Assembly (NCBI GenBank): GCA_007375725.1
Contig: VMEV01000005.1
Span: 1 to 57,725, forward strand
Source: Parcubacteria group bacterium Greene0416_36
GTDB taxonomy: Bacteria; Patescibacteriota; Patescibacteriia; VMEV01
DNA length: 57,725 nt
Direction: 5' to 3'
The notes below the pieces were generated by a model, which was given only the letters and a program-made list of their open reading frames with translations, was not told the DNA's origin and made no database searches. The stretch's first letter is position 1. Each line of letters begins with the position of its first letter. Below are positions 7,375 through 16,729 of the stretch, piece after piece. The position numbers and the translations under genes are program-made.

Positions 7375-7956
7375 ATGAAATACACCCTACCCCCGCTTCC
7401 TTATTCCTACGACGCGCTCGAGCCGCATATCGATGCGCGCACCATGGAAATTCACTATACCAAGCATCATCAGACGTATGTGGATAAGCTCAATGCGGTC
7501 CTTGAAAAACATCCGGCACTCGCTGAAGAGAAACTCGAAGATTTGATGAAGAAATGGAATGAACTCACGATTCCAGAGGCCGATAAAATGGCTATCCGCA
7601 ATCATGGCGGAGGCCACTTGAATCATTCATTTTTTTGGAATCTGATGGACCCGAAAAAGGAGATTGATTTAAAATTATCTAAAGAAATCCAGGCTTCGTT
7701 CAGCTCGGTCGATGAGTTTAAAAAACTCTTCAGCGATAAGGCCGCCGCGTTATTCGGTTCCGGTTGGTGTCATTTGGTGCGCGATGCATCTGGCAAATTG
7801 ATGATTTATTCCTTGCCCAATCAAGATTCCCCCCTCATGTCCGGCCATACTCCAGTGATCAGTCTGGATGTCTGGGAACATGCCTATTATCTCAAATATC
7901 AAAACAAGCGTGCGGACTATATTGAGGCTTGGTGGAAGGTGGTGAAGATTATTTAA
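7375..7956 (+). CDS. Fe/Mn-family superoxide dismutase
   Basis: N-terminal YTLPPLPYSYDALEPHID, HHQTYV, and DVWEHAYYLKYQN near the C-terminus. Confidence 0.9.
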   Translation: MKYTLPPLPYSYDALEPHIDARTMEIHYTKHHQTYVDKLNAVLEKHPALAEEKLEDLMKKWNELTIPEADKMAIRNHGGGHLNHSFFWNLMDPKKEIDLKLSKEIQASFSSVDEFKKLFSDKAAALFGSGWCHLVRDASGKLMIYSLPNQDSPLMSGHTPVISLDVWEHAYYLKYQNKRADYIEAWWKVVKII

Positions 7957-8046
7957 TAAATCCCTCTCCAACCCTCCCTTTGACAAGGGAGGGGGTTTGC
8001 AGCCCCTTCCCCCTTGTCAAAGGGGGACCGAGGGGGATTTGTTGTT
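7955..8046. repeat. nested palindromic element (NPE) copy a, F orientation
   Basis: AATAAATCCCTCTCC...CCCTCCCTTTGACAAGGGAGGG...CCCCCTTGTCAAAGGGGG...GGGATTTGTTG. It overlaps the SOD stop codon. Confidence 0.9.
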
Positions 8047-8071
8047 TTGATTTCGAAAATACTTACAAAGT

Positions 8072-8635
8072 ATGTTTTTACAGATCCAATCCCTCGACTA
8101 TCGCATCGTCGAATACTTCGCCCTCCATCGAAGTGATTTTTTGACTTCGTTTTTCATGTTTTTGGCCGTCTGGGGAGGAGAAATCGTCAGCACCTTCTTA
8201 ACCATTTTGATTCTCGGGTTTCTCTGGAAACGGAGGGAGATCAAGACGGCGATTGTGGTTTTTGGGACCTTGGCCAGCGGCGCGACGAGTGTGTGGGTTA
8301 TTAAATTTCTGGTGGGGAGAAGTCGTCCAGATGAGTCATTCCGATACTATGTCGAAACTGGTTTTTCGTTTCCCTCCGGGCATGCCACTTTCGCGGTGTG
8401 TTTGTATCTCTCGTGCATTTATATTCTGGACCGATATTCCGTTTCTTGGAAATGGCGGCTCCTCTTCGATATCGTGATGATCTCCGTGGTCCTGGCCATG
8501 GGGCTTTCGCGCGTGTATTTGGGCGTTCATTATCCCACGGATGTGCTAGGCGGTTTTGCCTTGGGATTTTTGTCTTTTCTCTTTTTCTGGGCATTGGGAC
8601 GCACCTCGCTTTTGGATCGTTGGGACAAGAAATAA
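8072..8635 (+). CDS. PAP2-family phosphatase
   Basis: The tripartite motif is present: KFLVGRSRP, PSGH, SRVYLGVHYPTD. Confidence 0.8.
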   Translation: MFLQIQSLDYRIVEYFALHRSDFLTSFFMFLAVWGGEIVSTFLTILILGFLWKRREIKTAIVVFGTLASGATSVWVIKFLVGRSRPDESFRYYVETGFSFPSGHATFAVCLYLSCIYILDRYSVSWKWRLLFDIVMISVVLAMGLSRVYLGVHYPTDVLGGFALGFLSFLFFWALGRTSLLDRWDKK

Positions 8636-8644
8636 TCTTCTTTT

Positions 8645-9727
8645 ATGCCACGCATTCTCTTTGTCTCTAGGCCCGACTGTTTTTCGTTTCCGGCTGGGGA
8701 TACGGTCCAGATGAAGCATACGGCAAAATATTTGGAGCCTTTAGGATGGAAGGTGGATTTTTGGAATGGGAATATTGCGATGCTTAAAAATTATGAGATA
8801 ATACATGTTTTCAACTCTCGTCCTATCCATTTTTTTGTTTATTTGACCGAGCTTTTGGCGCGACTGCGGAAAAAACTGGTGATTTCTCCGATTATTATTG
8901 ATCTTGATGAATACAATCGGCGGGGGCGATACGGACTGGATTGTTTTCTCTTTCGTTTGCCTTTCTGGAATCATTGGGGCGAATGGGCGAAGTCTGCGTA
9001 TTTGTCCGCGCGCGGAGGGTATTCTTTGCCGGGTTTTGGTCGAGGGGATTACCGTTCGGGGGTGCGGACTCTTTTGGATGGTGCGGATGCGATCGTGTGT
9101 TTATCGGAGCTGGAGCGAGAATGGATTGCAAAAAACGTGCGGGATTATGCAAATGCGGCGATTATTCCTAATGGCGTGGAGCCTTTTTTTTATTCGGAAA
9201 ATAAAATCGCTCGGGATTGCTTTTTGTGTGTGGGAAAAATCGAACCGCTCAAAAATCAGCTCCGATTGCTCGAGGCTTATCGTCTCTTGGAAACCGATAT
9301 TCCGCTTTATTTCATTGGATCATCATCGCCCAAACACCCTGCCTTTGTCCGCGAATTTTTTCGCCAATTAAATCGAACCTCGGGTGCCATTTACATTCCC
9401 TCGATGCCTCATGCTGAATTAGCCTCTTTTTATCATCGCGCGAAAGTCCACATTCAGCCCAGCTGGTTTGAAAACGCGCCTTTGGTTCATATGGAAGCCT
9501 TGTCAGCCGGGGCCGCATCCGTGCTCACTGATCGGGGATTTGGAAAGAGTTTATTTCCCGAGTATACGGTTCTTTGTTCTCCTCGTTCGCCGGTCTCTAT
9601 TGCCGAAGCCATTGTTTCGGCTGAGACAAAAGAGATCCCCCATGGATTTTCCAAGAAAATGGTAGACGAGTATTCATGGGGTGCAACGGCGCGTAAATTG
9701 GCTTCTGTGTATGAGTCACTCAGTTAA
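8645..9727 (+). CDS. glycosyltransferase, GT4/GT1-like
   Basis: The C-terminal domain has the ENAPLVHMEALSAGA E-x7-E type motif. Confidence 0.7.
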   Translation: MPRILFVSRPDCFSFPAGDTVQMKHTAKYLEPLGWKVDFWNGNIAMLKNYEIIHVFNSRPIHFFVYLTELLARLRKKLVISPIIIDLDEYNRRGRYGLDCFLFRLPFWNHWGEWAKSAYLSARGGYSLPGFGRGDYRSGVRTLLDGADAIVCLSELEREWIAKNVRDYANAAIIPNGVEPFFYSENKIARDCFLCVGKIEPLKNQLRLLEAYRLLETDIPLYFIGSSSPKHPAFVREFFRQLNRTSGAIYIPSMPHAELASFYHRAKVHIQPSWFENAPLVHMEALSAGAASVLTDRGFGKSLFPEYTVLCSPRSPVSIAEAIVSAETKEIPHGFSKKMVDEYSWGATARKLASVYESLS

Positions 9728-10505
9728 ATTATCGATTATTATTTGCGCCTTGGATTCGAGAGATCATCTGGTTCGCTGTTTTGAATCTCTGTCCCTCCAA
9801 TACCTTCCGCGGTCGTGGGAACTGATTCTCGTGGAGAATGGCTCGTCCGACGGGACGGCGGGCTGGGTGGCCGCGGAGTATCCGCAGTTCCGTGTGATTG
9901 CTAATACTGCGAATAAAGGGGTCTCGATTGCCCGCAATCAGGCATTGGCCGAGGCGAGGGGAGAGTTTGTTTTATTCCTGGACGCGGATACTTATTTTAC
10001 GGAATCCCACACCATCAAGCATTTGATCTCGGTCTTGGATTCTGATCCCACCATTGCTCTCTTGGCCCCGAAACTTTTGTATCCCGATGGCCGGTATCAG
10101 TGTAATGTCCGCCGATTTCCAACCTTGTCGACCATGGCGGTGCGGGCCTTGGGCTTGGATTTGTGGGCGAAGAAAAGGCGTTTTTTTAGGGATTTTTTGT
10201 ATGAAGATATTATGATTGAAAATAAGGAGCTTCTGGATGTCGATTGGGCCTTGGCCGCTTGCCAATTGATTCGTTCCTCAGTTTTCAATCAAATCGGGCT
10301 TCTCGATCCGAAATATTTTTATGGTTATGAAGATATTGATTTTTGTTATCGATTGAAGCGTGGGGGAGCGCGAGTGGTTTTTGACCCCCGCGTGTCTTTG
10401 GTGCATATTTATCAGCGGCGAAGTACCCAATCATGTTTTTTTGCCTACCATCATGGTCGCAGTATTTTGCGATTTTTGGTTAAAAGATATCTATGCCTTA
10501 TTTGA
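9711..10505 (+). CDS. glycosyltransferase family 2
   Basis: LSIIICALD...NGSSDGT...LFLDAD motifs. The ATG at 9711 overlaps the upstream gene end. Confidence 0.75.
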   Translation: MSHSVKLSIIICALDSRDHLVRCFESLSLQYLPRSWELILVENGSSDGTAGWVAAEYPQFRVIANTANKGVSIARNQALAEARGEFVLFLDADTYFTESHTIKHLISVLDSDPTIALLAPKLLYPDGRYQCNVRRFPTLSTMAVRALGLDLWAKKRRFFRDFLYEDIMIENKELLDVDWALAACQLIRSSVFNQIGLLDPKYFYGYEDIDFCYRLKRGGARVVFDPRVSLVHIYQRRSTQSCFFAYHHGRSILRFLVKRYLCLI

Positions 10506-12361
10506 TCGCCTCTATTTTTTTTATTTTATTGCTCGTGCCATCGGAATGGGGGCATTTTATTTTGGGGGCGAGCGCGGCTTTGGTTTATTTATTTCTATTC
10601 TCGAAAGGGAAGATTCAAATGATCCGGAGTGATTGGATTTTATGGGTACTCTGGGGATATTTTTTGTCCGGAGTTTTTTTTCTTGTCCCATCTTTCGAAC
10701 GGGGAATAGCGGCCCTAGTGGATTTTACGTCCTGCCTGTTTTTGTTTTTTTCGGTTCGGAGCATGGATTTGTCTCTTGAAAAGTGGGCAAAGCCTCTGTT
10801 CGTCGTGTCGGGGATTAGTGCGCTCTGGGGACTCGTGGGACTTGGGCTCAGCGATCACTGGGGCTACCTCCGGACCTTTTCTTTCTGGGGCTCCCATGCC
10901 CACTGGGCGTCTTTTTTGATTTTTATTATTCCGATCGCGATGTTTTGGGTGATGAGGGGAGGGCGTCGGTGGGGGATTTTATTTCTGGCGATTTTATTCG
11001 CCAATTATTATTTCACCTTTTCCAGAAGTTCTTTCTTGGCTTTGGGTTTATGTATGGGGGTTTTGCTACTGATGAGAAAGGGCGATAAGCAACAAATCCC
11101 CCTTAATCCCCCCTTGACAGGGGGGAGATTGCTCCCTCCCCTGTCAAGGGGAGGGTTGGGGAGGGGTTGGTTGTTGGCTGTTTTTCTAATCCTCTCCCTC
11201 AGCCTTTACAAAATACACGATGCCCAAAAATCAGGTGTGCGCTTGTCTTTTTTATCACTCCAGCCCATTGTTGTCTCCATAGATAAATCAATTCCTGAAC
11301 TTGCTTCTGGGATCGACTTTTTTTTCGAACCAATACCTCCTCGAAATGCTGTGTCTTTTCGTCTTTCATACTGGAAACACGCGAGCGAAATTTTTCGGGA
11401 TCATTGGTTTTGGGGCATCGGAATCGGGGCCTTCGCAGATCAGTATCGCCTGTATTATCAGGATTTGCGCGATTTTTCGGGCGACCCGCATTCGTGGCCG
11501 CTGTCCTTGGCTTTGGCGGGCGGGGTGGCGGGGGGCGTGATTTTATTCATCTGGATTATTTCGGTGGTTCGGACAAGATTTTGGGAGGGGTGGGGCGACT
11601 CTCAGAAAATATTGGCTCTGTCTTTGGGTTTATTACTCGTTTCCAATCTCTGGGACCGAGGATTGATTTTTCTGCCGCATTTATTGATGATTTTCGTGTC
11701 TTTGGGGATGCTTTTGGGGGATGCGGGTCGTCCTGGTAGGGACACGTTCGGGCGTAGGGGCACGTTGCAACGTGCCCCTACGGGGCCGGTGGTAGGGATA
11801 TCCATAATTTTATTATTCGTTTCGTCTAGCTTTTTCCTCTCCTCTCTCTTTTCCAATCCCCGTCTTGCTTATTATTTCTATCGCCCTCGATCGGAATATG
11901 CTTATGCGGAGGCCCAGAAGCATGTGGATGGGGAAGTCCGTGCGGATTATTTTGTCTGGATGTCCCGCGCTTTATTTTGGGATGCCCCCAACTATATTTA
12001 TCGGACTCAATTAGCCGTCAATTTGTGGAATACCGGCCGTCACTCCGAGGCTCTCTCCGAAATCGAGCGCACGATTGCTTCCTCCCCCCGTGGCATTCCC
12101 AATTTGTACTTGTATTATTTTCAATTATTGAAGAATCGCGGGGAGTATGAAAAAATAGTGCGAGTCGGAGAAACTGTGATTCTGGATTATCCCAGAGATA
12201 TTCTGGTCTCCGAGGATTATTTTCTCTTCGACGGCGGCATTGAAAAACGGAAATCCGTGGCCGATATTTACGGGTGGATGGCCCGAGCGGCAGAGACTCT
12301 GGGAGACTTCGGAAAAGCGCAATTTTTCGAGGAGAGAAGCCGATTTATTTTGGGATTATGA
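10493..12361 (+). CDS. O-antigen ligase (Wzy_C)-like membrane protein with TPR-like C-terminus, carrying two in-frame repeat insertions
   Basis: Multi-TM protein with a FSRSSFLALGL-type motif. It contains NPE copy b and a GTAG palindrome in frame. Confidence 0.6.
   Translation: MPYLIASIFFILLLVPSEWGHFILGASAALVYLFLFSKGKIQMIRSDWILWVLWGYFLSGVFFLVPSFERGIAALVDFTSCLFLFFSVRSMDLSLEKWAKPLFVVSGISALWGLVGLGLSDHWGYLRTFSFWGSHAHWASFLIFIIPIAMFWVMRGGRRWGILFLAILFANYYFTFSRSSFLALGLCMGVLLLMRKGDKQQIPLNPPLTGGRLLPPLSRGGLGRGWLLAVFLILSLSLYKIHDAQKSGVRLSFLSLQPIVVSIDKSIPELASGIDFFFEPIPPRNAVSFRLSYWKHASEIFRDHWFWGIGIGAFADQYRLYYQDLRDFSGDPHSWPLSLALAGGVAGGVILFIWIISVVRTRFWEGWGDSQKILALSLGLLLVSNLWDRGLIFLPHLLMIFVSLGMLLGDAGRPGRDTFGRRGTLQRAPTGPVVGISIILLFVSSSFFLSSLFSNPRLAYYFYRPRSEYAYAEAQKHVDGEVRADYFVWMSRALFWDAPNYIYRTQLAVNLWNTGRHSEALSEIERTIASSPRGIPNLYLYYFQLLKNRGEYEKIVRVGETVILDYPRDILVSEDYFLFDGGIEKRKSVADIYGWMARAAETLGDFGKAQFFEERSRFILGL
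11089..11176. repeat. NPE copy b, R orientation, inside a CDS
   Basis: GCAACAAATCCCCCTTAATCCCCCCTTGACAGGGGGG...CCCTCCCCTGTCAAGGGGAGGG...GTTGGTTGTTG. It is read as QQIPLNPPLTGGRLLPPLSRGGLGRGWLL. Confidence 0.85.
11736..11781. repeat. GTAG-headed palindrome (REP-like) plus partial copy, inside a CDS
   Basis: GTAGGGACACGTTCGGGC is followed by the perfect 28-nt palindrome GTAGGGGCACGTTGCAACGTGCCCCTAC (11754-11781). Confidence 0.85.
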
Positions 12362-12367
12362 TGGAAT

Positions 12368-12958
12368 ATGTCTTTTTTGTGCCCCAAAATGAGTGCCTAT
12401 GATGGAGGCAAAAGACTATTCGATTTTTTGGGGGCGATGGTGGCTCTTGTATTGTTATTCCCTTTTTTTGTTCTTCTCGTGGCCCTTATCCGTTTGGATT
12501 CTTCAGGGCCTTCGATTATCCGACAGAAAAGAGCGGGTAAGGAGGGGAAGATTTTTACATTGTATAAATTCCGAACCATGCATGAATCCGCCACTCTTTA
12601 TGCAAGATCGCCAGCGAGTCTGGAAGATAGTCGCATCACGTGCATCGGAAAATATCTGCGCCGCTGGAATCTCGACGAGCTTCCCCAGCTGTGGAATATT
12701 CTTCGAGGCGAGATGTCGCTGGTGGGCCCCCGGCCGGAGATGCCGTTTGTGGTTGAGGAGTATCTGCCATGGCAGAGGAATCGTCTCTTGGTAAAACCCG
12801 GCCTTACTGGACTCTGGCAGATTTCCACATCCCGACAGTATCCGATTCTCGACGATATTGGCTATGATTTGTTTTATGTCCAGAATCGGTCATTTCTTTT
12901 GGATATGTGGATTTTGTGGAAGACAATCGGCGTTCTTTGGCGCGGCAGTTTCAAATAA
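12368..12958 (+). CDS. polyprenyl-phosphate sugar-phosphate transferase (bacterial sugar transferase family)
   Basis: KIFTLYKFRTM and DELPQLWNILRGEMSLVGPRP motifs. Confidence 0.8.
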   Translation: MSFLCPKMSAYDGGKRLFDFLGAMVALVLLFPFFVLLVALIRLDSSGPSIIRQKRAGKEGKIFTLYKFRTMHESATLYARSPASLEDSRITCIGKYLRRWNLDELPQLWNILRGEMSLVGPRPEMPFVVEEYLPWQRNRLLVKPGLTGLWQISTSRQYPILDDIGYDLFYVQNRSFLLDMWILWKTIGVLWRGSFK

Positions 12959-13064
12959 GTTATAATAGAATCTAATCCGCCTTCTCCCGAAAAGGGCTTC
13001 CACCTTCGCTAAAAAGCTAGGGTGGACAAGACGGCGAGATACATAATTCTTAAGGAGGGAATTT

Positions 13065-13253
13065 ATGGATTTTATTAAATGCGAGCGTTGCGGGATTCCG
13101 CTTAACCGTGAGACGGTGTCGGTGAAGAATCCCAAGATTTGTTGGGAATGTGCGGAAGAGAAACGGCGTTTCACGCCCGAACCCTCGAGTATTTCTGCTT
13201 TCGGGGGACCCATGGAGATGCCCATTCCATCGGCCAAATCAATGGGAAAATAG
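13065..13253 (+). CDS. small C4 zinc-ribbon protein (TraR/DksA-like)
   Basis: CERCG-x16-CWEC with AAGGAGG upstream. The family call is tentative. Confidence 0.4.
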   Translation: MDFIKCERCGIPLNRETVSVKNPKICWECAEEKRRFTPEPSSISAFGGPMEMPIPSAKSMGK

Positions 13254-13352
13254 CCGCCGGGCTATTGCCGCCCTTGATTTTTCCGCGCAAATAGATTTTA
13301 GTGGGGTATACGAAATAAAAAGGAGGTTTCGATATTTTTGTTTTTGCATTTT

Positions 13353-14039
13353 ATGGAAGTGAAAAAATTGAATCATTTGGCCATTATTATGGATGGCAAT
13401 CGCCGATGGGCGAAGGTAAATGGCCGGTCTGTCCCCGAAGGCCATCGGGCCGGGGCCGAGAAAATCAAAGAATTATGCCAGTGGGCATTGGACGCCCAAG
13501 TAAAAATTTTAACCCTCTTCGCTTTTTCTACCGAAAATTGGAAGCGCTCGCCGGAAGAGGTGGCATTTTTGATGTCTCTGATTGAGAAATTCTTGGCTGA
13601 AAATGGAGAGGAACTCATTCAAAAAGGAGGCCGACTTTCAGTGATCGGCCGCCGCGACCGCCTGGCGAAATCGATGGTGGAAAAAATCGAGGATATTGAG
13701 TCACGGAGCCGCGGCAACGAGAAAGGCTGGCTCCGAATAGCCATTGATTACGGAGGAAGAAATGAAATCACCGACGCGGTCCGAAAATTGATTCGAGAGA
13801 AAATCGAGGAGTCTGCTGTGACGGAAGAATTCCTGTCTTCTATGATGTATGATCCTTGTCCGGATCCGGATTTGATTGTCCGGACTTCGGGCGAATTGCG
13901 TCTGTCTGGATTTTTGCTCTGGCAGTCCGCGTACGCCGAATTTTTATTTTTAAATAAACACTGGCCTGCTTTGGGCAAAGGGGATTTTGATTCGATTTTG
14001 GAAGAATTTGCCAAAAGAGAGCGCCGTTATGGGAAATAA
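13353..14039 (+). CDS. uppS: isoprenyl transferase (undecaprenyl-diphosphate synthase)
   Basis: HLAIIMDGNRRWA, FAFSTENW and IRTSGELRLSGFLLWQ motifs. Confidence 0.9.
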   Translation: MEVKKLNHLAIIMDGNRRWAKVNGRSVPEGHRAGAEKIKELCQWALDAQVKILTLFAFSTENWKRSPEEVAFLMSLIEKFLAENGEELIQKGGRLSVIGRRDRLAKSMVEKIEDIESRSRGNEKGWLRIAIDYGGRNEITDAVRKLIREKIEESAVTEEFLSSMMYDPCPDPDLIVRTSGELRLSGFLLWQSAYAEFLFLNKHWPALGKGDFDSILEEFAKRERRYGK

Positions 14040-14355
14040 AAAAATACTCAAGCCCGATTTGGAATTCCAGTCTCTTTTTCGAGAGAGACTGGCTAGTTCC
14101 GGTGATTTATATCTGGAAATTCGCGCCTCTCCTTCTTCTTCCAAAACCGAACTCAGGGAGGTTTTATCTAGTGGAACCTGGAAAATCGCTCTGGTCGCTC
14201 GGCCGGAGCGTGGAAAGGCCAATGTCGAATTGGTTCTTTTTTTATCCCGATTTTTTGACGTACCGAAATCAAATGTGGTTCTGGTTCGAGGAGTGGCCTC
14301 TCGCCAGAAGTGTGTGCATGTGTGGAAAAAAATCCCTCCCCAGCCCTCCCTCTGA
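14029..14355 (+). CDS. DUF167 (YggU-like) protein
   Basis: The ARPERGKANVELVLFLSRFFDVPKSNVVLVRGVASRQK pattern matches this family. The last residues and the stop lie inside NPE copy c. Confidence 0.6.
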   Translation: MGNKKILKPDLEFQSLFRERLASSGDLYLEIRASPSSSKTELREVLSSGTWKIALVARPERGKANVELVLFLSRFFDVPKSNVVLVRGVASRQKCVHVWKKIPPQPSL

Positions 14356-14412
14356 GAGGGGAGGGGGCACTAACTTCCCCCTTGTCAAAGGGGGACCGAG
14401 GGGGATTTGTTG
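14326..14412. repeat. NPE copy c, F orientation
   Basis: The variant left hairpin is CCCTCCCTCTGAGAGGGGAGGG. It contains the DUF167 stop codon. Confidence 0.9.
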
Positions 14413-14470
14413 TTTGTTGTTGAGTTGTTTTTCTTTATGCTAAAATAATTACGAAATCAGTTTTGTTATT

Positions 14471-16723
14471 TTGTACAAATCCATGCTTGTCGATAAAAAA
14501 GAACGGCCAGAAGGCCCGACTCTTAAGGTCGGTTTTTTGGCTACAAAAAAAGAGTATTGTTTGAGTGTTTTTCAGAAAATTTATTGCGAGGCTCGGCGTT
14601 TTTTTCGGAGTAAGAAAAATGAGGAGGGCGACACCATTGAATCCATGATGCGGGGACTTCACCGAGAGGATCAAGAGATCGTCCGCTATGGCAATAAATT
14701 TTTTCTCAACCCTTTCTTGGGCGCTTTTCGTCAGGCGAGGAGTTTTTTTGTTTTATGTGTTTGGGCGGTGGTGCCTATTTTACTCGTATCCTTGGGCGCG
14801 TTGGGCGTCCAGTATTGGTCGGATCTGCGAGGCTCGACGGTACAGGCGGCCCGGTCTTTCAAAGAAGGCGTGAGCAATCTGTCCATGCTCCAAAGAGCTC
14901 AGGCCTCTTCTTTTTTTCAAGATTCCGGCGAGAGTTTCTCTCGTTCCCGTGATTTGTTGGAAGAGGTCAAAATGTGGGCAAGGGGCGCTTCTTTATTGGG
15001 CCTAGAAAGCGGCAATCAATATTCATTGGGAGATAAAGCCGTCCGGATGGGAGAATCCGCTTCCTTAGCTGCTGTGTATTTTTCCAGTGCGTTTGGCAAG
15101 CTGGAGGGCGCAGAAATGAACAATTTACTTCCCTCACTCGAAGAATCTTCTCGGGATTATTTCCGCGGGCTCGAACATGTCCGATTGCTTCAGAATATCA
15201 TGGATTCCATTGATGCTTCTCGGCTTCCCGGGGCCTTGGCCTCGGATTGGGATCGTTTTTCCGCTCTGGGGAGGGAGGGCCTTTTGGACTTGGAAAAGCT
15301 GGGCGATGTGATTTCGATTGTCCCCGAGATTTTGGGCAAGGCCGACAAAAAAAGATATCTGATCATTTTTCATAATAATTCCGAAATGCGCCCGACCGGC
15401 GGATTCATGGGGAGTTTCGCCTTGGTGGATATTGTGGACGGAAAGATTTCCGAGATCGAAGTTCCCGGCGGAGGCCCCTATGATTTGCGTGCGGGTTTCA
15501 ATGAGACAATTCTGCCTCCCGAGCCTTTGTCTATGGTATCTTCCCGATGGGAGTTTCAGGATGCTAACTGGTTTGGCGATTGGCCCACTTCGGCCGAGAA
15601 AATTAAATGGTTTTACGAGAAGAGCGGCGGGCCTACGGTGGACGGAGTGATAGGCGTGAATACGTTTTTATTCAGAGATATTTTGGAAATTGTCGGATCC
15701 ATTCCTATGCCGGAATATGGCAAGGTTATTTCCGCGGATAATTTTTTGGAGGAAATTCAGACCCAGGTGGAGCTCGAGTATGACCGTCTAGAAAATAAGC
15801 CCAAACAGCTCATTGCCGATTTGACCCCGGTTGTGACCGAACGGATTATGGGATTGTCCCAAGGCGATCAGCTGCGTCTTTTATCCGTTTTGAATCGCGC
15901 ATGGGTAGAGAAAAATCTATTTGTTTATTTTGTAAATCCGGTGCTCGAGAGGCATATGGTCGAGCTGGGACTGGCCGGGGAGATGAAGTCCTCCAATAGG
16001 GACTATCTCATGATTGTGCGGACCAATTTAGCATCGTCCAAAACCGACCGCGTGATCGATGAAAATATTGAGCTCACGAGCAAGATCTCGGCCCAAGGCC
16101 ATATTGTCAATGAGATTAATTTGTATCGGACGCATCAGGGGACTCCGGGAGATATTTTTACGGGCATGAAGAATATCAGCTATTTCCGTTTTTACGTTCC
16201 CGAGGGCGCCACCTTGATATCGGCCGAAGGCTTCAGTAAGCCGGAAGATTTCTATTTTTTTGCCTCTCCGGAGAATGCCAAAGCCGATCTCGATTTGGCC
16301 CTTATTGAAAAGAATGAACGTTTTGACAGCGAGAGCGGGACTCGTTTAACTGAGGAGCTGGGAAAGACCGTCTTTGGCAACTGGATCCAGACGGGAATGG
16401 GGGAGACAAGCCATATTCGACTCGTGTATGAATTGCCTATCAAACTGGATGTGTTTTCGGATACCTCCTCCGGCGGAGGGATCGAGTCTTGGAAACGTTG
16501 GATCCACGCTTCGGATGCCGATTCTATGGACCATTATTCACTGTATTATCAAAAACAGCTGGGGGCCTGGGACAGTACGTTTTCTTATGATTTAATAGTG
16601 GATCCGATTTGGAATGTGGCGTCTTTTTATCCTTCTAGCTGGAATCGAAAAGGGAACAATTTCGAGTGGTCTGGGCTTTTCGATCGGGATACTATTTGGA
16701 GCCTGCTGGTCCAAAAAAATTAG
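14471..16723 (+). CDS. DUF4012-domain protein
   Basis: N-terminal TM segment and the IIFHNNSEMRPTGGFMGSFALVD motif that I associate with DUF4012. The exact start is uncertain. Confidence 0.6.
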   Translation: MYKSMLVDKKERPEGPTLKVGFLATKKEYCLSVFQKIYCEARRFFRSKKNEEGDTIESMMRGLHREDQEIVRYGNKFFLNPFLGAFRQARSFFVLCVWAVVPILLVSLGALGVQYWSDLRGSTVQAARSFKEGVSNLSMLQRAQASSFFQDSGESFSRSRDLLEEVKMWARGASLLGLESGNQYSLGDKAVRMGESASLAAVYFSSAFGKLEGAEMNNLLPSLEESSRDYFRGLEHVRLLQNIMDSIDASRLPGALASDWDRFSALGREGLLDLEKLGDVISIVPEILGKADKKRYLIIFHNNSEMRPTGGFMGSFALVDIVDGKISEIEVPGGGPYDLRAGFNETILPPEPLSMVSSRWEFQDANWFGDWPTSAEKIKWFYEKSGGPTVDGVIGVNTFLFRDILEIVGSIPMPEYGKVISADNFLEEIQTQVELEYDRLENKPKQLIADLTPVVTERIMGLSQGDQLRLLSVLNRAWVEKNLFVYFVNPVLERHMVELGLAGEMKSSNRDYLMIVRTNLASSKTDRVIDENIELTSKISAQGHIVNEINLYRTHQGTPGDIFTGMKNISYFRFYVPEGATLISAEGFSKPEDFYFFASPENAKADLDLALIEKNERFDSESGTRLTEELGKTVFGNWIQTGMGETSHIRLVYELPIKLDVFSDTSSGGGIESWKRWIHASDADSMDHYSLYYQKQLGAWDSTFSYDLIVDPIWNVASFYPSSWNRKGNNFEWSGLFDRDTIWSLLVQKN

Positions 16724-16729
16724 TTTTTT

